From NCBI GenBank assembly GCA_965235115.1, contig OZ249436.1, forward strand, positions 13,518,001-13,582,000: a DNA stretch of 64,000 nt, given 5' to 3'. The position numbers and the translations under genes are program-made. Shown here piece by piece: positions 12,820 through 25,280 of this stretch. The DNA is from Laetmonice hystrix (lineage: Eukaryota). Below the pieces are notes generated by a model that worked only from the letters and a program-made list of their open reading frames with translations, was not told the DNA's origin and searched no databases. Position 1 is the first letter of the stretch. Every line of letters starts with the position of its first letter.

Positions 12820-15800
12820 GGGATATTTTGAAAGCATTTTCCAAGCATTTTAATTTCTTTAATTCGTTTACCGGTATATATTCTGCGACATTTTCTATGG
12901 CGGTAGTTTTTTCAAAATGTACAGCAGAGTCGAATTAGAACTTACAGCTTGGAAAGCATGTGATGGTGATAACTAAAGCACAGGTGTTACAAATATACAT
13001 GTAAATGATTTCGTTGCTGTGAAGATACTCACCGTGTGTGTATTTCAGCTGCCAATATCTTTTCTTGTTGTTTTTTGAGTTCGTCTTGCCGTCTTTCCAA
13101 AATGTTCTGGGTTTCGATCATTTTTTGTAATGTTTCATTTTGTTTCTTCTTTTCAGCCTACAAAAGTATCAATGGCATTCGCACCTGATCATTAGATTTA
13201 TTTTTATTCTGAAGTCTTTATTTAAATAAGTCTATGGCGTTAATAACAAGATATGCATTAAAATAACCTCAGTTAAATTGCCTATTTTATAAACGGCTAC
13301 TGGTAGGGTACCTTGGCTGATTCCTTGGTCTGTGTAATTTCTAAATCGGACATTTTTTTGAAGGCCTCAAGTTGTACAGATATTTCCTTTCGGATGTCTC
13401 TCTCAAATTGTTGTACAGCATCTCCCTCAACTCTCAACATCTGCAATAAAAAGGTAAAAAAGGTGTACGTGATAAACAAACACCAAAAAAAGGAATAAAA
13501 CCCCTCGAAGAAGTTGATGTTGAAAGTTGAAGAAGACGACAGGAGCCGGAACTTACTGCTTCTAGCTGAGCAGAACGCTGCTGTAATTCTTCTCGCAGCT
13601 TAATCTCCTTCACGAGCATATTTTTTGACACCTCTTCGGCAATTTCTGCTATCTTGCTCTGAAGTTTGGTCTTCTCTATCTCCGAACTGTGTTCTCGGTC
13701 GCGCTGGGAGGTCTCCAGAGAATGAAGTCCTTCCTCCCGTTTTCTGTTCTGTTCTTGAATGGCGGCTGTGAAGTCACTCATCCTTTATCACCCAAACAGA
13801 AATATTTCATAATGCAGACCTTGTTTCCTCTACACATGATTGTGTAAGCAACATGCTCATAATTATCGAGGCAAAAGGCGCCTGTGAGGCACGAAATTAT
13901 CCCTGGTCTATAAGTATTTTAATTGATTTAAGGACCGTCATCCGATGACACCTGCCGTATTTGATTTACAATTAGACAAAAAACAATTGAAGCAACGAAC
14001 GAACGACGTTGGACCTCTAACTGTAGAGAATGGGTGTTATTACTATTACTGAGAGAGATCATAGTATACGATGTACATTGTACTCACCTCATCTGCATCT
14101 GCTGCTCGAGCTTGCGGACCTCCTGGGTGTGGCCCTCCTGCCGACCTCTCAGTTCTACTATCACATCTCTCAGCTCCCCTAACCTTCAGCCCAAACCAAA
14201 ATTATTCATTAAGCCTGGTGGGATGTCTCAGAACTCTGCCGTTCGTAACGTGAAGTTTCGATAACGGGACATTAATTATACAAAAAAAATAAAGGTCACT
14301 GACTTTTTCCCATTACATTTAACGGTATTTTCGTTAAAAGGTCATAAGATACCCATAATGTACAAAACAATAACAAAGGATCAACAATATGAGCAAACTT
14401 CTTCAAACATATAATTATTGACCTGCTTTCAACTTGAGTTCGTAGCTGTGTTGTGGTCAGGTCGGTTGTATTCTGGGTCTCTGTCTGTCTCCGTAACGAC
14501 TCCAGCTGCACGGACATAGATTATAGATTATAATGTCACTTACATTCTGATCGTCATTCGGTCCATCTTTTACATTTAAACAGACTTTTATCCGTCAATG
14601 CGCCACAATAAGGCTTTGTTTCTCATTCACCTGTACTAGTTGCATATATTATCAGACATAAAGGTTCTTTACAAGGCTGTATTCCCTGAACGTCAACTAT
14701 CCCGTTATGCTCTCTTCAGTCTCTGAATGTGACCAACATTGTGTAGGCTACTGTCGTGTGTGCTCGCTGTGTTTACTCATAAAGAAACTCTATGTACCCC
14801 CAGTATTGTACATACAACTATAGGAAACTACCAACAGGTCCAAATATGTACATAATCATTCATGCATTCCAAACCAATAATTATGAGAATTCCTAAAATA
14901 TAACAGGTCTGGGAAACATGTGAATCATGAGTGACGTTGTGACATTTCAACCGCAAAAAAGTTACTTATCAGAATGTAAGTAATTTCTAGTGCTCAGATA
15001 GGTACCGGTAACCAAAGAATCATTTTGAGGTTGAAAACTACCGGAGGTGTTTGCGAGCAGGTCTGACAAAATTATTCCAAACTGATGTTTCCTAGAAACC
15101 TTTAGGTGAACAGCCTCTAGCTGACTGCTGTAGTTCATGATCACACCTAAGTCTTCAACTTTGTTTCAGTGACAAAAACCTGAATATACCTACAGGTCCA
15201 AACATACAAGTAGTGAGACCATTATATACAGGAACAAGCAATTACTAGGAAATAATGTCAATACTACTCGTATTGCCAAGACCTAACGTATTGGGCAACA
15301 TCACTGAACCAACTGTGAAACGTTACAAATTATTAACCCTAACTTGTGGAACACTAAGTGTGGGGTCGTTTTCACTTACCCACTGCAGAACGTCACATAC
15401 ACGTACTGAGATGAATGGGTCTCACCAATTACCATTATGTGAAAACAAGGAAAGAAATATTATTAGGAAGATTATATTATCCCCAGTCTTCTAGAGTAGA
15501 TTTTGTTCTTCTCCATATCATCAAACACGGGTCCGTTAATAGAAAGAAAGGCCAAAAAGGTCGCATGGTTTGACCTATAAACAACATTGTGAGAAAATAT
15601 TAGGATTTCTATAAGTCTGCAGGGCGTGGACGACTACATTTCCTTATTATAACAGTTTAGATTACCACATTCAGCTATAATGGGGTAGCTGGGCAACATT
15701 TTACATATAACTAGTTAACTCGGGCTGTAAACCAAATGTAATCTCTATCCTTTCCTACTCCAGGTAGTGGTACCAGGGTACTTGAGTTTGATAAACTTTA

Positions 15801-18800
15801 TGCTAATCGTCAACGCTACACTTCCACACTATTAACCACAATTTTTACACTTATCACGTCATCTACTCCAGGAACATGTAGTTCTTACAAAGTCGTTAAA
15901 ACGCCCTTTAAAACTTCCCGCTGTTCCATGTGAGGTAATACTGCGCAAAGACATTGTCATGTTAACAACAATGCAAAAATTTCACCGGGATAAAACCTTG
16001 GTGGTAAAAGGGTCAGATAATACAGTTTTGGTTCAACAACTTTGGTACATGCACATGCCATTCTGGACCCAGTGACGCCAATCATCAGTACAAACATTTC
16101 TTTTCACTCTGGTGACTCAGGATAATTTGCAAAACTCAGATATGTCAAACACACCAACATTTTCTCACCATCTTCTGATGTCTAATCTTGTATTGTAAAC
16201 TGGAAATGGATAGCCAAGACAAAAGCAGTGAAATGCAATTTCTATATAACATTTCTTGGGAAATTAACGTAAAGTAGCCTACACATAGACAATAAATACC
16301 AGTACCGTACATAAATTACGATAAATAACCTGTACTTGAACGAGCCTAAAAGTAAAACTTGTATCAGAAGGCCTGTTACTTACACCTGTCCTGCTCTCCT
16401 CTTCAAGCCGACGTGTCCTATTCTTCAGGTCCCCAATGACAGTATTATTGTCAGCTCCATGAGTATCTAACTTCACCTTCAGTTGTCGAACCTCGTCAAC
16501 CAGTGTAAAGCAGACACGCTCCACATTATCTTTTGCCCTTGTCTGTTCTTCTAACTCCTGCCGAAGTTCTTGTAACCTAACCCGAAACAAGACACAGCAT
16601 TGACTCAGAATAGTGGTGCTTTCTTCGGCTCCACCACGTCTGCATTTTTAGACTTCAACTCAGCGGGTTCCGCCCATGAGAGAGAATGTAGAAGACATGT
16701 AGGCCTATTATCTTCTGTATGTCGCATGCCTGCTACACTACATGTAGTTAGAAAACTTAGGGAACTGTCAAGTGAAAGTTAGATTGTCACATTGCCTTCA
16801 ATGTGAATTGCCCATCGAAGTTACGAAATAGGTAGGCCTGCCTACTTCCACACCAATCCATGGACTACGAATTACTAAACTATTATCTGGGTGAATATGA
16901 CTGTCACATGATCAAGTAAGTGTAATGCCGGTGTAATAAAATTGATCTATAGTAAGGAACGAAAGGCTTGGTGCTACTTAGCCAAGTGAGAACCTGCTGA
17001 TTTCTCAATGTTGAACTGACCTTGCTGAGGTACCGTCACGGCGTGAGATCGTGTCCTGCTGGTGAGACATCATGGCCGATTCCATTGTCTTAGTGTGTGA
17101 AACAAGAGCTGCTATAGTGGAATGTTCCTCCTGCATCCGTTCCTCGGAACGTTTTAACCGGGAAGCTAATTGTGCAATGAGATCATTGCTTGCTCGTAAC
17201 GAGTTCTCAATCTGCATTCTTGACTTGCGTTCATTGTGAACTAATTCCTCATTTCTCCGTAATGAGTTCTTGTATTCATTTTGTAAGTGAACAAGTTCTT
17301 CCAATAGAGTTCTGTTTGATTTTTCAGTAGCTTGAACACGTTTTTCCAGGTCTCGGAGTCTTTCACTTCCCTGACTATCCGTGGCACTCCCATCTCTGGG
17401 GTTTCGTCCTGTGGGGGTTCCAACCTCGTACCCTCCATAACCACCCGTGTCGCCACGGTAGGGAACCACAACTCCATGGTGACCGGGTTCTGGAGATTCC
17501 TGCCCAATACCTGGCAGTGCTGTCCATTTCGTCGGGAACTGATTCCTGCAAGAAGTATGCTCATAGAGTGAATGGAGCTTGTACCAATATCTTCACACTT
17601 TTCGTTTTCTCATGACAAAATATTGATATCCCTGGCCTGGAATTAAGTCAATATCAAGTCCCCTAGTAGGAATCTATTTATAATGTGAACTACCGTAAAA
17701 TGGGGTTACTTTGGCCCACTTTTTCTACTTTTTAATAAATTGATCGTATTCTAAGGATGTGTTCAGGGATATTTATAGATGTAACCTGAAGCTGCTCAAC
17801 ATGTCTATCTAATATATGTTTGCCCATATAGAATCAACAACAGGAAGACTATGTTTTTAACTGAAATCGGCTGGGCCAATGTTACCCTGGCTTCGGGGTA
17901 ACTTTGGCCCACATTTATTTTCTCTCTGGTTTTTTCTTTTTTTCTTTAATTTTTTTCTGTATTTTTTTTATCATGTCTTTTCTCTTTATTGACTTTCTCA
18001 CATGTTTTAATATGTGGGATAAAATTAACATTTTCAACATTAAATAATTCATTTATAATTCAACAGGAACATTTATTTTTCCCCATTTTTGTCACAGGAG
18101 CTTTCTGGCATTTCATTATCAAAAATTTATCAATTCATTATAATTAGAAAAAAATTATTTTTCGACATTAAAATTAATTTCATTTATTTATCATTAACAT
18201 TCAAACCTCATTTTCAAAATTTCCTCCGTTTTTGTTTAGGAGGCCTAACATGAACATCAAATTTTCCAGTTCTTTCATCTGCCTCGAGGGCCATTAAGAA
18301 TTCATTTTATATATGCATAAGTTCTGGGACCCTGAAAGCTCCCCTTTTCGACACTAGTACAGGCGTTTTTATCACTCCCGTGATTTCGTTAGTATGATAG
18401 AATATCTCGTCAGGTGTTGCTGGCCACTTCCAGTTGACGCCGCTAGGGTGCATCACGTTCACTATGGCACCATCCAACTCAGCCCTCACTACTTTCCCGG
18501 GATAACTGTCACCGTCATATTCATTCATATTTATTTGATATTAACCAATATATTCAACAAAGTAACACAATTAGAGACTGGGCCAAAGTTACCCCTTGGG
18601 CCAAAGTAACCCCATTTTTTTCCAGATACCCTACTTTTATAAGCAAATGTAGAAAAATCAAAACTTAAAATAGACTGACTGAAACTAAATCATGATATAT
18701 GGGGCGCCCATGGAACATTCCTTTTATGGCTGACATTTAATGAATTTAAGCTCTATATAAATTAGTGCTCCGGAAAAGAGTTTGGAACGTTCAAAAAATA

Positions 18801-19290
18801 GGAGAAAAAAGGTGACTTCATATTATGACCCCTGCTGTCTAACAGCAAAGAGAAATTGTGTTTTCTCTTAGTTCATAAAATACCATAACACATTAGTACC
18901 TTAATTAAGTCAATAAAGAAATTGAAGTATTCATGACTTTTTGTGGAGATAAGGAAAAAACATTTTTCTGGCCGTGGGCCAAAGTTACCCTGGTTGGGCC
19001 AAAGTAACCCCATTTTACGGTACTTAAATAGTTCTCCTGAAGATAGTAGAAGAAATGACGATGAAACTACATTTTCGAGGCACCTCAACGAATAAGACTG
19101 AGAAAATATCGGCTTTCCCTTGAATATATAGGCCTACATAACACTGGGATTGGGATGCGGGGATACATTCATCTGCGCTTATACCGGGTCGGTAACAGCC
19201 ATACATGCACTTTTACACAAACACCCACCTTGGACTTTCAATGTTACCAGTATTCCGTTCATATCGTAAAAAAGGGTTTTTGTTTGCCAT
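6024..19290 (-). CDS. CCDC154: Coiled-coil domain-containing protein 154-like (~835 aa, 15 coding exons)
   Basis: Phase-consistent GT-AG exons: 19229-19290 (MANKNPFLRYERN), 17021-17545, 16384-16576, 14423-14505, 14088-14183, 13557-13782, 13312-13440, 13033-13157, 12525-12651, 12223-12363, 10057-10176, 9285-9455 (or -9464), 9047-9133, 7194-7375, 6024-6264. Heptad-rich. Motifs EKSNRTLLEEL, IAEEVSKNMLVKEIKL, RVSAESEVR, IRKLAESIQTVK and RIFIKD...VPLNRWSVYAAYRWL match my recollection of vertebrate CCDC154 (RFFIKD...VPMNCWGVYQAVRWL). Confidence 0.85.
6776..7024. mobile_element. Short CAGTGGCGTATC-type MITE (hAT-like), intronic
   Basis: cagtggcgtatc...gatacgccactg 12-bp TIR, internal C run. TSD not evident. 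Confidence 0.6.
7668..8052. mobile_element. MITE with GGCC termini and TAA TSD (Zator/Harbinger-like)
   Basis: taa|ggccaaaaaaaaaa...ttcgtttcttgtcc and ggacaagaaacgaa...tttttggcc|taa. Confidence 0.75.
8310..8678 (-). CDS. Putative alternative terminal coding exon of the CCDC154-like gene (acidic D/E/K-rich tail, 122 aa)
   Basis: Acceptor tatcag|AGAGAAACG is in phase 0 with the 9047 donor. Open frame RETFQREIQEQVDGLR...DDDDDDADD...TTTSRE* continues the coiled coil. Confidence 0.65.
   Translation of the reverse strand, partial: RETFQREIQEQVDGLRAHSEHGVNDEQTTDDANTNNNNGNASHEQDGSDDDDDDADDAGQAGSKTKQDEEKTEDTKKEDEDKDADADVEKDTDSKDEAPSSKKDKDQEDGGPAREDTTTSRE
10282..10418. mobile_element. Small Tc1/mariner-type MITE (TA TSD)
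   Basis: ta|ctgtacaccttgaaaagtt ... aaatttcatggtttacag|ta, imperfect TIR. Confidence 0.55.
10494..11420. mobile_element. Non-autonomous Ginger-like TIR element (TGT...ACA, 4-bp TSD CATA), intronic
   Basis: tgtcacggacgagat / atctcgtccgtgaca ends. cata on both sides (10490-10493, 11421-11424). Long inverted arms built of GGCCGGCC/GGAATTCC-containing units. Confidence 0.8.
17693..19020 (-). mobile_element. Internally deleted pogo-like (Tc1/mariner) element in intron 1 of the CCDC154-like gene
   Basis: TA|ccgtaaaatggggttactttggccca ... tgggccaaagtaaccccattttacgg|TA. Internal copies of gggccaaagttaccc. Carries a transposase C-terminal remnant. Confidence 0.85.
18307..18528 (-). pseudogene. Transposase C-terminal fragment (Tudor-like domain seen at the end of invertebrate pogo-like transposases)
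   Basis: EYDGDSYPGKV...VNVMHPSGVNWKWPATPDEIFY...I..P....RGAF pattern, located inside the TA-flanked TIR element. No upstream DDE domain remains. Confidence 0.65.
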
Positions 19291-22068
19291 CCTTACAGTC
19301 ATTCCACTGCAAATCCAGGTACTAGAACTAATTGATACGTTAATAGACCAAAGAGCTATATTTTTGGTCTGTTAGTCCTTGCTTATTCCATCCCAGAGGC
19401 AGCAAATGAGCAATGGTAAACCACTGCCATGCTGCTGATCCAGGTAGTGGTAATTAAATCCTTGGGCTAACTAAGTCGACATCAATCATTCGGTGTATAC
19501 TGTTATATCCACGTATAGAATAGCTGCTAATGGAAAACGACTCTGTCATGAGCTCGCCTTGTCTGAGTGTATAGTACTTGCCATGGTTATGTCGACTACT
19601 GCAAGTTTATCCATGGCAGATCTGTTTGGCTTCCATTGAAAGGCAACAGCCTGTTCGATCACGTCCCCAGGACAACAGTAAATAGCACACGTATACATAC
19701 AGATACTGCTCAGTGGGGTCTGGTGACTTCGCGGTGACCGATACAATGGTGACCGATACAACAGTCACAATGTTATATCTCTGGTCGCAGGGCGGGACGA
19801 TCATGCCCAAGGACTGCATATAGAAGTTATAGGTAAAGCCTGAGGGAACAATGACTACCCACACGTTCACTCAATGTCGGCCTCTTGGAAATAATTGAAA
19901 TCCAACAGAATTTGTGAAGGTTAAAATTATCTGTGGTTTCGAGAAAATTTTGCACCCTTTTTTAGTATATCGAAATACATAAATTTGTCGTTTTCAAAAA
20001 TTCAGTGGATTTCCTTGCAGTGGAAGGTGCTGCAACTGCAATTCTTTCCTTAGAATCTGCAAAGCGTTCAAATTCACCAAGTGGAGAGTCTAGCTACACA
20101 ATGCACCGCAAGCCGTATCTGTCATGTAGCGAGTGCCCTGATTCCAATAACACATTGATCTCCCCTGCCTTCACCCCACTGTGCATGGTTCCACTTATTT
20201 GTACTATTAGAGGCAATTTTTCTTCCTTATGGATTTTCTACTAATTTCAATACGACAATCAATAGAGCTGCATGGTACGTTCTGTAGAAATAGGAAATTG
20301 GTGTCCAATGAGATCTGAACGGTCTGGTAGTAGCGGTACAGTGGAAGTGTATAGGCCTACTTCAGTAGTTCCACAGTTTAATACTATAGCCTAGTGATAT
20401 AATACAAATATGTTGTACGCCGGGTGAGTTAACTTAGCCACGTAATTTACGGTAGACTGCATGCACAAGCCTATGATAATCAATCAGTGGCACGAATGTT
20501 GCATTCTATCTACGTACCATCAAATATTTGGACAGGGTAAATTTGAAGGGAATTTGGCCGAGGCGAACGCCGGAGGCATGAGCCGTTCATGCGGCGGGGG
20601 GTCTGGGAGACCTATACCCAAGAGAATATTTGCAACGCAATTCCCAAAGTCCCGATTTGGTCTAATGCTATGTAGTATTGTAGAATACATCGTCAAAGCC
20701 GACACTTGTAATTCGCCACTTGGCCTAAGCCGAAGCACCGAGTCTGGCCCCAAGTAATGTTATACATGAATCTCTACCTCTAGTAGTCGACACGGGAATC
20801 CCGAGCTATAACGTAAGCCTGGCCGCCCAGTGAGTAGTAATAGAAAATGAACCTTTGACGCGGGCATCTGTTTCTCACCGTGTTCTAATCATGGCGAGAA
20901 GGTGATGGTAGATTATGAGCCTCAGAACGTCACAAAACGTCCCGCTACCTACCGTAGATTTGTTTTCGTTTCTCTTGATTTGATTGAATTTCTTTGAGTA
21001 GCATGATATACACTGCAGCTACGTACACACATGTATATTTAACTGGAGATGCCCTATAAGTTAGTATAACTGACGGTGTATAGGCTACAGTGTATCGACA
21101 TACACACAAGCCGATATCTTATGCATAAATCGACATAATGGCTACTTATGTTTATCTCGTCATTTCTCTAAGCCGACACAAAAACGCTGGTCCCAAAAGT
21201 GTCAACTTAGATGGAGTTTACTGTACACAATTTTTTGTTGTTGTTGGAAATTTTGCCGAGGCAGCTGCCTCGGCTGTCTAATGTACTTTACGACCCTAGG
21301 AGGAGGAGAAAATATATTCCAAAGCTGATTCAAGTTTTACTGACTGTGTCAGAAACCTAATGTTACGGTGACCCCGGTCGTAATTAGTGCAAGGGACCTG
21401 AATAAACTGAAGAAGGCAAGAATTATTATTTCCTGGTCATCAAATAATCCATGCAGTGCTGCCGGTTCCAGGCCTCAATGTCTGTCATCTTCTTCTCCAC
21501 TGGTTGACCCCAGTTAGATCAATACTTCCTTCAGGATGACTGCAATCTAACGTCTTCCAAATTCATGGATCCCCAATTGGAGGCTGGTCTTTTCTACTGT
21601 GACAGTTTTACTTGGCGCATTACGTTTTTGGAAACGATCCAGAGTGACAGTCAAACTATGCAGTGCCATTACTAAGGGAGCAAGAACCACTTCAAGAGAA
21701 GCCACAGATTTGAAGACGATACTTGACAACCAGGTGGGGTGCGGTGTGGGGGAAAATTGAAATACATGTACAATTATTACACGTAGTAGATTTTTACCAC
21801 CATGAGACCAGCACTTCCCTTTGCTTTGATATTTCGTGTGAAATAATTATTTTTAAAGAGATATTAATATTGTAAATAACATGATTATGCGAGAGGATAG
21901 CTTTAAATATTACATGCGACGACCTGTTTACGACAGCCATGCTTGAACGCGCTTATTTCCACGGGCTTCATGCATCAAATATTGAAACTGTTCCTCATAA
22001 ATTAGCAAGGTTGACTGTCGTTCACACCAGTGACCACATGCTGTGCATTTGGACAGGACTTTCATAGG

Positions 22069-25000
22069 TGGGCAATTCCATGGTTATGGACGTACATTTC
22101 AGACACTTTGATTGCATACATAGGGGTCCCTAATATAATAAGGCAGAATGTTTTATAGCCATCACCTAGCTTATATCTAGTTCTACTGATTCTACTTTGT
22201 TTAGCTTTTTATTATCAGTTTTTTTTCGAAATTATGTAAAAAATGGTGTGGTTATGGACGTTCGCGCACGATTTGACTTTTTCAACTGATTTGGAATACC
22301 ATGCAAACTCTGTGAAGTGTGGTACAAAATAAAAATGAAACTAATTTATACTAACAGGCCTAGGGTTTCCCTTTGGGAATATGAATGAAATTCATTGCTA
22401 TCCTCAAAACGGGAAATGTGACATATAGAAAACGTAAGGTTATGGACGTACAATTTTTGGTTATGGACGTACACGTGCGAAAGTTATGGACGTACATTCT
22501 ATGAAAATTATTTGAAAACCATAAAAAAATTAAAAACACATATACTTTCAGAAACCTACAACTTCATTTATCCAATTTATTTCTAAATTTAAAAAATAAT
22601 AAATTGAAATACATAAATCAGGGCCCAGTGAACAAACATATGAGAACCCTCTTTTTTTAACATGTAAGATTTCTATCAGAATTAAAGCATTAGCATTATT
22701 AATCTTTACTGTGATGTTTCTTTACGTCTTCAAATTTCTTTTGTATCTCATCAAGATTTGCCACAGTAAATGGACCTGGTTCTCAGGGTTGGGAGATCCA
22801 TTTATGATGGTTTCAGAGTGATAAAGACTGCAATTCAAGATGGCGTCCAAGATGGCCGCCATACCTTAAAGTCTCCATAATGTCGTCAATTTTTATTGAA
22901 TTTTCATGTGCAATACCTCGTTTCTATGGTTTTCAGGGTCGGGGAATCCATTTATGATGGTTTCAGAGTGATAAAGACTGCAATTCAAGATGGCATCCAA
23001 GATGGCCACCATATATTATGAAGTCTCCATAATGTCGTAAATTTCCATTTCATTTTTATGTGTAATGGCCTTGTTTTTGTGGTTTTCAGGGTTGTGGAAT
23101 CTATTTATGATGGTTTCAAAGTGATATGATGTGCTTTATACCATGTAAAACAAACATACATAGCCTAAGTACAAATTACTACGTTCGACTTTGACTTGAA
23201 TCAGTTATAGTCCTGTGACAAAAGCGGCCCACCTAAAATCTTTGAGGGAATCCCGGAACAAGTGTACTCTTGCTTGTCTGTGGTATAGATGGCTTGCTCT
23301 CTCGCTCAATCACTCATTCACTCACCCTGCCTCAGTCACTCAATCACCTACTCATGCATGATGTAGTATACTAGTAGTGGAATATTGTTTGTCTGTGGTG
23401 TTGGCTTCTATGAACTGGTGATGGTATTGGCATTGCAAGTGTGTGAACCAAGATGACTAGCCAGACAGGAAAGAGAGTTGTTGAAGGAGTTGTGTCATTG
23501 GAGTGACTAAAGAAAAGGCGAGAGGATCCACTGACTACATTGACTACAAGAAGTGTGTCATTTGCCAGGCAGAATCACCCAAGGGACTTGTACATGTTAC
23601 ATCAGTAACAAAGCTTATGCGGCCATGACTGCTCGGCAGGATAAACAGAAAACTGCAGAAGCACATAGCAAACGACACGTGGATCACAGACAAATCCCCC
23701 AAATGGCATGCCAAATGCAGGAACCTCTACCTCAATGAAAAGAGCTATATATATACTGACAGAAAGAAAGCGTCTTGGAACACCAGATAAGGCTGATCAA
23801 CCCTCAAACAGTACACTTCCCAGGTCACCTATTGCCACCACAAGATTCGAAGCTTTGTTACTGATGTAACATGTACAAGTCCCTTTTGTGATTCTGCCTG
23901 GCAAATGACAACTTCTTGTAGTCAACAGTCAGTGGATCCTCTTGCGTTGTCTTTGGTCGCTCCAATAACACAACTCCTTCAACAACTCTCTTCCCTGTCT
24001 GGCTAGTCATCTTGGTTCACACACCTGCAATATGTCAATACCATCACCAGTTCTTAGAAGCCAACACCACAGACAAGCAATATTCCACTATACTACATGC
24101 GTGAGTAAGTGATTGAGTGACTGAGGCAGGGTGAGTGATTGAGTGAGAGAGCAAGCCATCTATACCACAGACAAGCAAGAGTACACTTAATCCAGGATTC
24201 CCCCAAAGATTTTAGGTGGGCCGTTTTTGTCACGGGACTATAACTGATTCAAGTCAAAGTCGAACGTAGTAATTGGTATCGCTCTGAAACCATCATAAAT
24301 GGATTCCCTGACTCTGAGAACCATAGAAACGAGGTATTACACATGAAAATGAAATGAAAATTGACGACGTTATGGAGATTTCATGATATATGGCAGCCAT
24401 CTTGGACACCATCTTGAATTGCATTCTTTATCACTCTGAAACCATCATAAATGGATTCCCCGACCCTGAAAACCATAGAAACGAGGTATTGCACATGAAA
24501 ATTCAATAAAAATTGACGACATTATGGAGAGTTTAAGATATGGTGGCCATCTTGGACGCCATCTTGAATTGCGGAGTTACAGTAGCTTGTTGCAAAGGTT
24601 GTCCACCTAGAAATTATTACTGAGGGTCTAAGGAATCCAACCATATACAACAACCTTCTACAGCAGACTGTGTCTGTTTTCACAAAAAAAGCGTGGCTGG
24701 CCCCCTGGGTAGTTATGGACGTACAGGGTTATGGACGTACATTAAATTTGTACGTCCAAAACCAGCAAAAGAGCTACTAAAATAAGACCAAATAAGAAAC
24801 GATTTCTTATGTATGCTAAGAAGTAATAGTTTACTTTGTATGGCAAATACGATTTTATTTGGAAAACATCATGCTTAAAAAAAAAAAAAAAAATTAATTT
24901 TGGTTATGGACGTACATGGGCGATAAGGGTCTAAAAATAGATTTCTATTTACCTAAAACAAGAAGAACCATAAGAAAACTAAATTCACCTGAAGGTAGGC

Positions 25001-25280
25001 TTATAACAAACCTTTCTGTATTACATTAGAAAATGTGAAAGATTAACTACACTGTGTAGGAAAGGGCCACATTGTTTTGCACTGCCATAAATGGCAAAAG
25101 TCAGCATATTTGATCCGACAAACATCGAACCCCCCGAAATTTTTCATGGGTCCACAATTTTTTTAAAAATATTATTTTTAGAAACCTCTAATGATAAGGT
25201 TATCAAACAAATATAAATTGCTCATCTGAATGGATTTTGGAAAAATGAGTATGAGGTTGACCATTTGATGGAATTGCCCA
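22069..25280. mobile_element. Non-autonomous Academ-like DNA transposon with internal foldback
   Basis: 13-bp TIR tgggcaattccat / atggaattgccca. Flanks tagg/gagg (imperfect 4-bp TSD). Repeated TTATGGACGTAC motif near both ends. Frameshifted CxxCQ...WHxxCR-type transposase N-terminus at ~23454-23747. Confidence 0.7.
22830..24572. repeat. Long imperfect inverted repeat (arms ~22830-23616 and ~23850-24572, ~230-bp spacer)
   Basis: For example tacgttcgactttgacttgaatcagttatagtcc (~23179) vs ggactataactgattcaagtcaaagtcgaacgta (~24235). Arms include ~150-bp tandem units containing caagatggcg. Confidence 0.9.
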
